NCBI GenBank assembly: GCA_004431415.1
Contig: QPMI01000189.1
Location: forward strand, 105,493 to 169,492
Direction of reading: 5' to 3'
Source: Cyanophora paradoxa CCMP329
Taxonomy: Eukaryota > Plantae > Glaucophyta
Length of the DNA stretch: 64,000 bases
Shown: positions 30,761 through 41,105 of the stretch, piece after piece
How the letters are laid out: each line of letters starts with the position of its first letter
Numbering within the stretch: position 1 is the stretch's first letter
Made by a program: the position numbers and the translations under genes
Notes under the pieces: model-generated
What the model was told of the DNA's origin: nothing
The model's database searches: none
The model's input: the letters and a program-made list of their open reading frames with translations, nothing else

Positions 30761-31711
30761 ATGCCGATGGGAAAACCTTACACTCAGGAGACATTCATTC
30801 ATAAAGCCAATGAAGTTCATGGAGAAGGGCGTTACGATTATTCCAAAGCGAATTACTCAGGCTGTTACACGAAAATCACAATTATCTGTAAGAAATGTAA
30901 TTGCGAGTTCTTGCAAGCGCCTGCAAAACATATCTATGGTCAGGGATGCAATTCGTGCAATCGGAAAGATGGGGTATCCAAGCAAGCACACCGTGTTACT
31001 AAGGAAGGCTTTATTGAACGATCCAAAGAAATACATGGAGATAAATATGATTACAGCCTTGTGGAGTTTGAAACAATGAAAGACAAGGTCAAGCTCAAAT
31101 GTAACGGATGTGGGCTGTTATTCGATGTCTCTCCTCGAAACCACATCCATATAAAAAATGGATGTCCTGACTGTGGAAGAAAACAAAGTTCAGAAGCTCT
31201 TCGTTTAACTACTGATGAGTTTATTGAGCGAGCAAATGCAATCCATGGAAATAGATATGATTATAGAAAGGTTACATATGAAACTTCTGCAACAAAAGTA
31301 ACTATAATATGCTCATGTGGTAAAGAATTCGATCAAACTCCAAACTCACATTTGGAAGGGGCTGGGTGTCCATCTTGCAACTTATCGAAGGGAGAGATGA
31401 TTATTCAAAACGTCCTCGAAGATATTGGTCTAGATTTTGAAACACAACACACATTCGAAGACTGTAAACTGCAAAACTGTCTTAGATTTGACTTCTATAT
31501 CCCAAGCCTTAAAATTGCAATCGAATATGACGGAATTCAGCATTTCAAAGCCGTTCCATTCTTTGGAGGGGAAGAGCACCTACAATTGACAAAACTGCGC
31601 GATAGTATCAAAAGTAGATACTGTGCAACAAATGGTATTGCCCTGCTGCGAATTGCATACACCGAAAAAGATGTTAATGGGGCTATTAAAAAATTCTTAA
31701 TGTCGTTCTAA
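30761..31711 (+). CDS. Zn-ribbon/DUF723-like repeat protein with C-terminal restriction-like (Vsr/PD-(D/E)XK-type) nuclease
   Basis: Three FIE.A.E.HG..YDY repeats with CxxC pairs. C-terminal LRFDFYIPSLKIAIEYDGIQHF…RDSIKSRYC…LLRIAY. Confidence 0.8.
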   Translation: MPMGKPYTQETFIHKANEVHGEGRYDYSKANYSGCYTKITIICKKCNCEFLQAPAKHIYGQGCNSCNRKDGVSKQAHRVTKEGFIERSKEIHGDKYDYSLVEFETMKDKVKLKCNGCGLLFDVSPRNHIHIKNGCPDCGRKQSSEALRLTTDEFIERANAIHGNRYDYRKVTYETSATKVTIICSCGKEFDQTPNSHLEGAGCPSCNLSKGEMIIQNVLEDIGLDFETQHTFEDCKLQNCLRFDFYIPSLKIAIEYDGIQHFKAVPFFGGEEHLQLTKLRDSIKSRYCATNGIALLRIAYTEKDVNGAIKKFLMSF

Positions 31712-31758
31712 ATACAAAGATCTTATTTTTATTTTGTTTCTTATAAGGGAAAGCAAAT

Positions 31759-32682
31759 ATGACTGGAAACGTGAGTATAGAAGATCTTGCGGAATTCGAC
31801 CCGGCAAGTCTTTCATTCCCTTGCCGTTTACTTGCTGTCGGAAAAACGGGAGTAGGTAAGTCAGTATTCTTAAAATACCTGCTTTACCACAACGAGGACA
31901 AGATAGATTCGGTGATGATATTCGCTTCCACGATCTGGAACCATCAATATGACAATGTCACATCGTATTTGTATGAGGATTTCGATCATAAGCTGATCGA
32001 CAATATAATACAGAAACGCAAGGAGCGAATCAAGAAAAAGGAGAAAGTCGGTAACCTGTTAATCATACTCGATGATTTCATTGACAATCCAAGTCTTTCG
32101 ATGTCAGGAAGAGGTGAACCTATATTAAATCAGCTATTCACGTCGGGGCGCCATTTATTCATATCTGTGTGGATTCTGTCACAAAAACTCACTAAGATTT
32201 CGCCGACACTTAGGGTTAACTCCGAATATATCTTTCTATTCTCGCTGCCCAACAGAAAAGAGATGGAGAGTGCTGAGGACGAGTTTAATCCATACGAAAA
32301 GCATTGGTTTGAGAAGGTGATGAACGAATACAGTCACAGCTATCAGGTTATCTGCATTGACAACTCGAAATATAGCCTGGAATTCTCTGTGGGCAAGGCT
32401 GATCCGGTGCCTGACGAATATAAATTCAAGCGGTTCTTTAAAAAAGCGGTGGAAGAGATAAAGCCCGCTGGTAAACAGCCGGTAAAACAGAGCTCCACAG
32501 AGGTAAATGGCGACCAACCCCAAACCACCGATATAACGAAACCTGTGAGTGGAAACGTCGCCACCTTAAAGCGATCCACCAAAAGAATAATCGAAGCCGA
32601 CCTACTTAAAGACCCCAATCTATTGCTGGCATACCAAGAAAAGCGCCGCCCAAAATTTGCAAAGAAATTGGGTAAATTTTGA
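31759..32682 (+). CDS. A32/FtsK-HerA-type genome packaging ATPase
   Basis: Walker A GKTGVGKS, Walker B LLIILDD, GRHLFIS and SQKLTKISPTLRVN. Confidence 0.9.
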   Translation: MTGNVSIEDLAEFDPASLSFPCRLLAVGKTGVGKSVFLKYLLYHNEDKIDSVMIFASTIWNHQYDNVTSYLYEDFDHKLIDNIIQKRKERIKKKEKVGNLLIILDDFIDNPSLSMSGRGEPILNQLFTSGRHLFISVWILSQKLTKISPTLRVNSEYIFLFSLPNRKEMESAEDEFNPYEKHWFEKVMNEYSHSYQVICIDNSKYSLEFSVGKADPVPDEYKFKRFFKKAVEEIKPAGKQPVKQSSTEVNGDQPQTTDITKPVSGNVATLKRSTKRIIEADLLKDPNLLLAYQEKRRPKFAKKLGKF

Positions 32683-32705
32683 ATAAATTTCTCGCATAAT
32701 GATAA

Positions 32706-33377
32706 ATGCCACCCAAGAACTCGCGGAAAGCTATCCAAATGGAAGATCAAAGCGCTGTTGTCGCTGGCAAGATTAATCCTGCGGAGGATGCCGGTCGCAC
32801 TGGTGGTGCTGCGGCTTCTGACCAAATAGATTTCGACCTAATTGATCCGAATACCAAGGTTTCAGAGCGTGCTCAAAAGGTGGATGCTAAGCGGGAGCCG
32901 GTCGATTCCACTGACAGAAAGCTGGCGGATCAATCCCTCGCTGAATCACAGCTCACAGGGGAAAAGCTTACTGATAATAAGGTGGTAAAAGCCGAAGCCA
33001 CAGCCGCTTTACCTGCATCGATGGAAGCCCCTAAAAAGCGGGCATCTGTCTATGTGACCAAGGGTGAGAAAGTCGGTCAGGAATTAGAGGAGAAGTTTAG
33101 GGCGCTGGAAGCGCGACTGGCTACCTACGACACTACTGTGAGAGCCTTTGATGATTTTACCAAGGACTACAAACAGCGCAAGCTGATTAAACAGGCTGTT
33201 CGAGTGGAAATGGAAAAGAAGCGGGCAACTGTTCCCGATATTCAGACAGTCGAGAAAAAAGAGACAGTCATAGCTGAAAATGCACCAAAGCCGGGCGGTT
33301 TCGTTAACCCATCGGGTGTGCATGCACAGCCGGGTGCCAATCTGTCATCTATGTTTGGTGGGCGTCGTCGCTTCTAA
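32706..33377 (+). CDS. Hypothetical coiled-coil viral protein (223 aa)
   Basis: ATG ORF preceded by the element's AT-rich TTTCTC upstream motif. No domain recognised. Confidence 0.65.
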   Translation: MPPKNSRKAIQMEDQSAVVAGKINPAEDAGRTGGAAASDQIDFDLIDPNTKVSERAQKVDAKREPVDSTDRKLADQSLAESQLTGEKLTDNKVVKAEATAALPASMEAPKKRASVYVTKGEKVGQELEEKFRALEARLATYDTTVRAFDDFTKDYKQRKLIKQAVRVEMEKKRATVPDIQTVEKKETVIAENAPKPGGFVNPSGVHAQPGANLSSMFGGRRRF

Positions 33378-33577
33378 TGTGCAAGTCGTTCAAACATAAA
33401 TGAATCCGCCCGTATTTAGAGCGGGTCTTAATATGAATTCCCTTGCAATAGGGACAGGTCGGCTCCACAAACACCATTATAAGGTCGACTAATTCGTATG
33501 GGAACACACGAGCAAGTAACACCCTCATTCCCTTTTCTTTTCTCCAATATTTAATACGTTGTGCAATATTAGGATCT

Positions 33578-33925
33578 ATGAATTTCATCACACAATGTAT
33601 TGAGATGTTTCACCTACATTTCATATCTCACTGTAAGTCCGGATGCTGCGACACAACCGTAGAGTTTGACATTTCTGACGAGGATAATGGAGGTAGGCGA
33701 TTATCTGTATATTCCAACCACAGCGATAATCACGATCGTCCCCGATCTCGATCGCCCTCGCCTGTGCCCGCTGACTCCAATATAATCCCACAGGTAGCAA
33801 TAGAAGACGTGCAAGTATCCTATATAAGACGCCGGTCGTGCCCTAATTTCGTAGAAGGTCATATTCGCGTTGATTCGCCATATCCGCCAATTAATCCGCT
33901 TTATTTGGGCGAATACGATCGCTGA
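33578..33925 (+). CDS. Hypothetical viral protein (115 aa; CKSGCC and RS-rich motifs)
   Basis: ATG ORF co-oriented with its neighbours. Confidence 0.45.
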   Translation: MNFITQCIEMFHLHFISHCKSGCCDTTVEFDISDEDNGGRRLSVYSNHSDNHDRPRSRSPSPVPADSNIIPQVAIEDVQVSYIRRRSCPNFVEGHIRVDSPYPPINPLYLGEYDR

Positions 33926-33952
33926 AACAATTTTCGCGGTAAATAGTATCGA

Positions 33953-34093
33953 ATGCCCGACCCTGATCTCTACGCGATCCTATACAGGAAACGCGCGCAA
34001 TATGCACTGGAAGCCGCTATTAAAAAACGTAGAGAAGAGCTCGCTTCGGTCACAAAAAATGACAGCTCAGAAAATGATTTAAAGAAGAAATAG
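33953..34093 (+). CDS. Small hypothetical protein (46 aa, MPDPDLYAILYRKRAQYALEAAIKKRREEL…), below ORF-track cutoff
   Basis: ATG at 33953, TAG at 34091-34093. Fills the gap between neighbouring genes. Confidence 0.4.
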   Translation: MPDPDLYAILYRKRAQYALEAAIKKRREELASVTKNDSSENDLKKK

Positions 34094-34142
34094 CAAAGAC
34101 CACTGATAAAAATATTTTCTCAGCTTAAAGTAAGGTAAACCA

Positions 34143-34364
34143 ATGGAGACGCATGCTATGACTGTGTATGATAAGAACGGGAACCCGGTAGATCTCGATA
34201 AGGCGGGCTGGCGTGTCAGGGATATATATAAACAGCGGATGCGCTATAACGACGATCCCGAATATCGCGAATTAATAAAGAAAAAGGCGCTGGAATATTA
34301 CTACCGTCGCAAGCAAGAAGAGGGCATTCACAGTGGAAACCGCGGGCGACCCCGAAAGTATTAA
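34143..34364 (+). CDS. Small basic protein with AT-hook-like RGRPRKY
   Basis: 73-aa Lys/Arg-rich ORF preceded by a 25-nt motif identical to the one upstream of ORF 41106. Confidence 0.6.
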   Translation: METHAMTVYDKNGNPVDLDKAGWRVRDIYKQRMRYNDDPEYRELIKKKALEYYYRRKQEEGIHSGNRGRPRKY

Positions 34365-34543
34365 ACGCAATCCGCCGCTGAATCCATTCCTTATTTTTCA
34401 AGCGGCTTTCCGATGCATATCGGCAAGCTCCCTAATCGTTTTTAGTCATCGGGAAAAAATTTGTAGGGCATTTAAAGACAACTCGCCAAAATTTGATCAG
34501 CCTAAGAAAAATTAATTTCTTGCATAAAGGTAGAAAGCGACAA

Positions 34544-36887
34544 ATGGACACCAAAAGTAAATCGATGCTCACCAAACTCACTAAGTGGCTTCGTTCGACC
34601 GATGAGCTGGCTCAAAACCTCCTTATTCCGGTCGATCCTGTAACCAAACAACCTGAATTTCCCCATAAAAATGGAGCCTGGAACTGGAAGAAATACGAGG
34701 ACGCCGTTAAGGAAAACAGGTATATTGCATGGGGAATTCTCGCTCGCAACATCGTCTGTATTGATTTCGATCAGGAGGAGGATTTCAATAAGTTCGAAGA
34801 GCTTTTCCCCAACGATTTCACAGCTGCTATTCCAATCGAGAAAACAAGCAAGGGTTATCATGTGTTCTTCGCTCGACCTCCCAAGTTCGATGAGCTGAAA
34901 CTGTTTGACAAACCCGGAGCTTTCCGGGGCTATGATAAGATCGATCTGAAAACGGTTTGCTCTACTGGAACTGCCGGGTAATTAATGTCTGCCCAAGCCC
35001 AAACAAGACATGGATCAGGGAGCCATGGGCTGCTGAATGCGAGTTAATTGAGCCATCTGCGGAATTCCAAAGCTGGATGATTGAGAACTACAAAAAGCCG
35101 TTCGTCCGTGACATTGATCAGTCGAAGATACATGGCAATGAATTCCTTACAGCTCTCAAAGACAAACTAACTGAGTTCGGGTTCGATTTCCCAACAATCA
35201 TCAGTCAAACCGAAAATGGCTACAACTTCACAGCTCAGAACAAAGGCGGAGTCTGCCCTGCTGCACCAATTCGCATGATAGCAATAGCTGGTATGTGATT
35301 AAAATTTCAGATCCCGATGCAAAGGACAAATTCATTGTTTCGAGTTACAGTTCTCGATGCAAGAAGCGAATTATTGAGGTCAGGACGAAAACTGAAAAGG
35401 ATACTGAGCTGATAGTTCTCATTGATAAGGCAATTGGATCGAATGGCGCACACTATGATGTCGCGAAAGTGTCGCATGTAGTTCTCAATGATGATTATCG
35501 CTACTCAAATAAGACCTGGTTCGAGTTTAACAGGGATAATGGAATCTGGGAGATGGATGACACTGGAAAACGAATTTATCTTGCACTCAGCTGCAAGGTA
35601 TGCCCTGTGTTTCTGTCTCGCTCATATAGCCTGGGAACAGCTGCGATGAGGGACGAAGAGAATAGGCAAAGCTTAGAGGAAAAGGCTAAACTCGCTGTGA
35701 ATATTGGCAAGAATCTCAAACAAACATCCTATCGCACATCTCTTATTACTGATCTAATTGTTATGTTCAGCGATCCCACATTCTTTGAGAAACTCGATAC
35801 TGTCACTAATGTCATTGGTTTCGATAATGGGGTCTTTGATATTAACACCAAGACATTCAGAAAGGGAAAGCCTACTGATATGGTGAGCAAGACAGTGGGT
35901 TACGAGTATATGGCTGTCGACCGTGAGAAAGTAGCGAAAATTCAGTCAATCTATACAGATATAATCGAAGAGTATGAGGAGCGCAATTATATTCTCGGGT
36001 CGCTTGCTTTCGCTCTCACAGGTCGCACAGATATTCAGAAGTTCAATTTCTGGTCTGGAAAGGGCGCGAATGGGAAATCCTGCATTCAAGAGATGGTGAA
36101 ACAGACTTTCGGCGATTATTTCGGCTCAATCAGCATGAGCTATTGGACAAAGCCAAAGAAGAACTCGTCCGATGCCACACCCGAGCTTGCTGCAATTCTG
36201 GGCAAACGCATTGTGTTCAGTAATGAGGCGGAGGATGGTGACAAGCTCCAAATCAGTAAGATTAAGGAAATCACAGGTGGAAATGAGATGAAGGTTCGCG
36301 CTCTCTTTAAGGATCCTGTAACCTTTATTCCCATGTGTCAAATATTCCTGTCCACCAATGATAACCTGTCTCTCAGCAAGGCTGACGAAGCTATTTTGCG
36401 AAGGCTGGTTTACTACACATTCAAGTGTGTATTTAAGCCGAATCCCAAGGAGGGCGAAAAGAAAGCTGATACCAAGCTGATGACTCTATTGCATGATGAT
36501 GAGTATAAGATGGCGCAAATGTCTATTTTCCTGGATATGCTCGCCCAACAAGACCTTGCCACTTTGATGCAAAACCCACCCCAATCGATTGTCGACTGTG
36601 GCTCTGAGTATTTCGCTGAAAATGATAAGCTCGGCGAATGGCTCAAAAATACCTATGAGAGGACTGGAAGCCGCGATGACTTTATTTCGAGTGACTCTAT
36701 TGTGAAGAAATATAGACAGGTCGATGATAAGGCGGAGCCCACAACAATTGGAAAGCGAGTTCGCGAGATATTCAATGTTAAATCCGAGCCCAAGCGGGAG
36801 AGAGGCGCACTGATGCGCGGCTATTTCGGAATGAAAGCCAAGATGCACCACCAAAACGAATTTCTAGATGATGATATCGAAGCCTAA
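34544..36887 (+). CDS. Prim-Pol primase fused to D5-like SF3 helicase, two 1-nt frameshifts (~781 aa restored)
   Basis: IVCIDFD and EKTSKGYHVFF (Prim-Pol). Restored CPCC…H Zn motif. FDNGVFD (D5_N), Walker A GKGANGKS and KEITGG…VRALF (SF3). Confidence 0.85.
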
Positions 36888-36960
36888 TTACAAATGAATT
36901 GAAAATGATTACTTTCGTGTGTATTTTTTATAACCTGCGGCAAATTGTAGTTGTTTACGT

Positions 36961-37051
36961 TGTTACAGGTGTTACAGGTTCATCCCAAACTCGGGAACCA
37001 AGACCCCCGTCCTAGGGCGGACTTTGGGATAGACCTGTAACACCTGTAACA
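36961..37051. repeat. Inverted repeat with TGTTACAGG direct repeats, candidate replication origin
   Basis: tgttacaggtgttacaggttcatcccaaa… pairs with …tttgggatagacctgtaacacctgtaaca, directly downstream of the primase-helicase. The repeat is observed; the origin role is inferred. Confidence 0.7.
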
Positions 37052-37162
37052 CTGACCATTTTCAGTAAGCCCCTTTTAATATTTGTGGAACTTTAAACAT
37101 GAATATGTAAAAATTGATCATGTTATATAAGAGTTCCTTTGATTGTTTGTAGTGACTTAGAA

Positions 37163-37408
37163 ATGGAGACCTACGATGTTAATGTGATGTCCCGCGATCA
37201 ATTGATTCGACTCGCTGATTTGGGTGATCCGGATGCAATAGCCGAATTGCTATGGCGAATGCACCATTTGGATGCAAAGAAACAGAAGCGCCGCGCCCAT
37301 GTTATTAAAGCTGATAACATTGAGCTCACCGTTATACTTCCCGAAAATGTAAAGCTCACAGTCCGGAGCGTCACTAAGCTCACTGAACGCGCTGGAATCG
37401 CAAAATAA
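37163..37408 (+). CDS. Hypothetical viral protein
   Basis: ATG ORF (METYDVN…) downstream of an AAAATTGA motif at 37110-37117. Confidence 0.5.
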   Translation: METYDVNVMSRDQLIRLADLGDPDAIAELLWRMHHLDAKKQKRRAHVIKADNIELTVILPENVKLTVRSVTKLTERAGIAK

Positions 37409-37430
37409 AAATGTTCCCTTAGAGTAAAAG

Positions 37431-40400
37431 ATGCCCCGCCAAACTAATCGCCTTATAAAAAAGAAAAAGGACGAAATATTAGGCTTGTTAGGTAGTCTTT
37501 TAGTCACTGGCGAGATCAACGAAGCCGAATACGATCGGAGGGCGGCGATCTTAGATCGAAAACCCCGCTTAGCTAACCTTGCAAATATTGCCGACGAGCT
37601 CTATAATCGCCTGGAAAATGTGGAGCGCTTCTATACCGAAGGGCGGCGCTTAGCCGTCATAGAACCTGATGAGGAAGACGGTTTCGCAATGAATAAAGCA
37701 TACGCCTGGTATAGCTATAAGGCGGATGAACAGATAATCTTAGATCCGGTGGAATTTCTCACTACCATCGCTGCAAATCTGCCTGGGCGGCTGAAAGAGA
37801 GGCTGGACGAGCTTAAAGCTATTAAGGTGCGCCTTACATTCATCTGCCGATACGTAAAAGTGAGTGATCCTAACGTTTTTATCACCAAACACATTTACAG
37901 CGATTATTTCGTAATCACAAGGTCGCGCAATATTCTCACTGAGTTAGTGGGTGTAGCTCAGCAAATGAATGAACAGATGATACAGGTCGACAGCTACCGG
38001 CTCAGTAAATTAGATAAGCTACATGTCGCCGTTTTGTCATATGCGCCGATGGGCGGTTGCTACATTGAGACCCCCGAATGGATTGGATTAAAGCGAGCCA
38101 CAGTAAATATTAAGAATATCGATGGTCACGACTGTTTTAATTACGCTATCCTCGCATGGCTGCACAGAAACGACATAAACAGACACAAACGTAATGATCC
38201 GTTCCAATATAGGCGGTGGATGACTGAACTCGACTTCTCAGGCATTAACTTCCCGGTGGCATGCGATGCTGCATTAATAGATCGGTTCGAGGCAAATAAT
38301 CCCGAGCTGTCAATTAATATATATGGCGCCGACAATGCGACCCAAACCTTTTACCCATTGCACATGTCAAGTAATCCGCGTCGCAAATCAAAGGTAAACC
38401 TGCTGCTGATCGAGGACGCAAACGGACAAGGTCACTATATAACGATAATGTCACTGAGCCGCCTATTAAAGACCACCTTTGATAAAGCAAACGACGGGCG
38501 CATTTTCTACTGCGAAACCTGCTTGTCCCGGTTTAGATCACAGGAGAAACTCGATAGCCACACCGAATCTAATCGCTGTATCGATTGGAGAATGAGTAAA
38601 GGTAAATGCCCGGAGCCCGGAAGCTTTATTACTTTCGGACTGCAACACCTAAGGAAAATGGTGTGGCTGCCCACGGTCTGCTATTGCAAGGTAGAAATGG
38701 AGTCGGTGCCGGTTCCTAATGAACCAAATCGAACCAAGCGAGAGGTAAAGTCGGTGGCACTTAATGTTGTTATGGGCTCTCATGTTGAAAATCACGAATT
38801 CGAGGGCGTGGATCCGCTGGGACAGATGTTTACCACGTTAGGGGATCTGTGTCGCGAGATGCTTAATACCCTATTTACCAACACGCCTATGATCCCGCTC
38901 ACAGAGGCGCAAAAGCAAGCCTATAAGCTGACCAAACACTGCTATATATGCAATCAGCGGTTTACCCACGAAAACTTCCATGTGCGCGATCACTGTCACC
39001 AAAGCGGCGATTATATAGGGAAAGCTTGCCGAAAGTGCAATTTACATAGGCGGATCTCAAAGCAAACGAAAGTAGCCGTGGTTATTGATCGGATGGACGA
39101 GTGCGGGCATGCTATATTCAGGAAAATCGCACAGCAAGACGACAAGCTGCGGGTCGAGATCCTAAGTAAGAATTTCGATGAGTATCTCTCTTTACAGTGG
39201 GGACTTTACAAATTCATAGATGCATCGAATTTCATGGATTTTCAGGCGTCCGATGTTAATGATCTCATGGTAAAATTCGGTAAATTCAGTATGCTCGCAC
39301 ATGAGCAATACGGACTGGATCCCACGCATTATGTGAGCGCACCGGGACTATCGTGGGACGCGATGTTAAAGCATACGAGGGTCGCGATAGAACAGATCAG
39401 CGATGCGGATCACTACGAATTTATTGAGCGGGCAATTAGGGGCGGCTTTGCGACCATGCCCACACGATATGCCGAGGCTAATAGCGAGGATAAACATATA
39501 GTGCTATTGGATGCGAATAATCTGTATGGCTATGCGCTCAGTCAGCCTTTACCGGTCGGGGACTATCGCTGGGACGACACAAGCACAGCTTTTACCGAGG
39601 TCGTAGGGCGGAGTGCATTTATAGAGGTCGACCTTGCGTATCCGGACTATTTAAAGGGCGACCATCGCGATTTCCCGCTGATCGTGAGTAAAGAGGTAAT
39701 TACTGCGGACATGCTCGGCAAATATCAGCGTGGGCTTTTGGAGATTAGCGGCGAGAAGCTCAGTAAAGATCCGAAGCTGATCGCCTCATTTACCCCGAAA
39801 TATAATTACGTGGTCTCTCAGCCGATGCTGCTCTATATGGTGCGGAAAGGCATCGTAGTTACTAAGATCCACCGCGTGCTCTCGTTTGCAACCGCTGCAT
39901 TTATGAAGCCCTATATAGATCTGAACACGAAGCTGCGAAAGGAAGCCCGGAATAAATTCGAGAGCGACTTCTTTAAATTAATGAACAATGCTATTTACGG
40001 TAAATGTCTGGAATCGTGCCGCGGGCGCTCCGTGGTAAAGATCGCGAATAGCACGAAGCTGTTTAAGAAATATGCGGCGAGCCCACTGGTAAAAGCGACG
40101 AATGTATTAAACGAGACTGCGGTCGCCTTTGAAATGTATAGTAAACACGTAAAACTCGATAAACCGGTTGCGATTGGCGCTTATGTGCTGGATGCCGCGA
40201 AGCTACATAATTATAGCTTCTTTTACGACGTGATCCGACCCACATGGTCGCAAGCTCAGCTGCTGTTCCACGATACCGATTCGTTCTGTCTGTATATAGA
40301 GAGCGCGGATCTGGAAGCGGGCATGCGAGCGATCAGCCCTTATTTAGATTGCCCTTATAGTCCCGAGAACCGGATGGTTCCCGGTAAATATAAAAATGAG

Positions 40401-40694
40401 ATGCCGGACGTCAAGATAGTGGAGTATGTGGGACTGCGACCGAAGCTATATGCTTTCCGCACCGAGAGCTACGACAAGGTAAAAATGAGCGGGACAGCCT
40501 CGAAAGAGGTGCATTTCGACGACTTTAAGCGCTGCCTATTTGACGGGATCACAAAAACAGTAACAGTAGTAAACAAGCAACGGCGATGCCACCACTTATA
40601 TGATTTGGAGAGCAAGCGGATAGCGCTGACCCAATTCGATGGCAAGCGCTGCATATCAGGCGACGGCATACATAGCCTTCCATTCGGCTGTTAG
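37431..40694 (+). CDS. polB: Protein-primed family B DNA polymerase (Polinton type) with EndoVII-like insertion
   Basis: DANNLYG, KLMNNAIYGK, HDTDS and LRPKLYA polymerase motifs. CYIC…VRDHCH…ACRKCNL EndoVII-like domain and SAPGLSWDAML, as in Polinton pPolB. Confidence 0.93.
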   Translation: MPRQTNRLIKKKKDEILGLLGSLLVTGEINEAEYDRRAAILDRKPRLANLANIADELYNRLENVERFYTEGRRLAVIEPDEEDGFAMNKAYAWYSYKADEQIILDPVEFLTTIAANLPGRLKERLDELKAIKVRLTFICRYVKVSDPNVFITKHIYSDYFVITRSRNILTELVGVAQQMNEQMIQVDSYRLSKLDKLHVAVLSYAPMGGCYIETPEWIGLKRATVNIKNIDGHDCFNYAILAWLHRNDINRHKRNDPFQYRRWMTELDFSGINFPVACDAALIDRFEANNPELSINIYGADNATQTFYPLHMSSNPRRKSKVNLLLIEDANGQGHYITIMSLSRLLKTTFDKANDGRIFYCETCLSRFRSQEKLDSHTESNRCIDWRMSKGKCPEPGSFITFGLQHLRKMVWLPTVCYCKVEMESVPVPNEPNRTKREVKSVALNVVMGSHVENHEFEGVDPLGQMFTTLGDLCREMLNTLFTNTPMIPLTEAQKQAYKLTKHCYICNQRFTHENFHVRDHCHQSGDYIGKACRKCNLHRRISKQTKVAVVIDRMDECGHAIFRKIAQQDDKLRVEILSKNFDEYLSLQWGLYKFIDASNFMDFQASDVNDLMVKFGKFSMLAHEQYGLDPTHYVSAPGLSWDAMLKHTRVAIEQISDADHYEFIERAIRGGFATMPTRYAEANSEDKHIVLLDANNLYGYALSQPLPVGDYRWDDTSTAFTEVVGRSAFIEVDLAYPDYLKGDHRDFPLIVSKEVITADMLGKYQRGLLEISGEKLSKDPKLIASFTPKYNYVVSQPMLLYMVRKGIVVTKIHRVLSFATAAFMKPYIDLNTKLRKEARNKFESDFFKLMNNAIYGKCLESCRGRSVVKIANSTKLFKKYAASPLVKATNVLNETAVAFEMYSKHVKLDKPVAIGAYVLDAAKLHNYSFFYDVIRPTWSQAQLLFHDTDSFCLYIESADLEAGMRAISPYLDCPYSPENRMVPGKYKNEMPDVKIVEYVGLRPKLYAFRTESYDKVKMSGTASKEVHFDDFKRCLFDGITKTVTVVNKQRRCHHLYDLESKRIALTQFDGKRCISGDGIHSLPFGC

Positions 40695-40855
40695 TCGTCT
40701 ATCTTATCGTGCGTTCTTTTTCTTGGTTTGCGCTCTAATTGAAGGAGCTGTCGCCTTAGGATATGGAGAAGCCATATGCACTTTAATCCTGGGTCGTCCG
40801 GGTCGATTAGGAAGTAATTAGGGATCGGGTGCGCGTCCCATACCGGATCATTCAT
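40691..40855 (-). CDS. Small hypothetical protein (54 aa, MNDPVWDAHPIPNYF…), below ORF-track cutoff
   Basis: GTAAAATG start context. Stop abuts the polB stop. Confidence 0.35.
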   Translation of the reverse strand: MNDPVWDAHPIPNYFLIDPDDPGLKCIWLLHILRRQLLQLERKPRKRTHDKIDD

Positions 40856-41105
40856 TTTACTGTTTACTGCACGTTTTTATTGCGCGTTTTGCAATGTTTA
40901 CTTGTAAAGTTTACAACAATTGTGAAATCTTGACAATAAACGCTCAGGTAGCCTGATTTTATTGACAGTAAACGTGAGAGTCTCACCACGATCGCTGTAA
41001 AAAATGAAAGCCCCGTGGGCAACGCAAAATGATTTAAGGAGAACGCGCTACATTTAGGCAACAGGAAAATATTTTCTCAGCTTAAAGTAAAAGGCGAAGG
41101 CGAAA

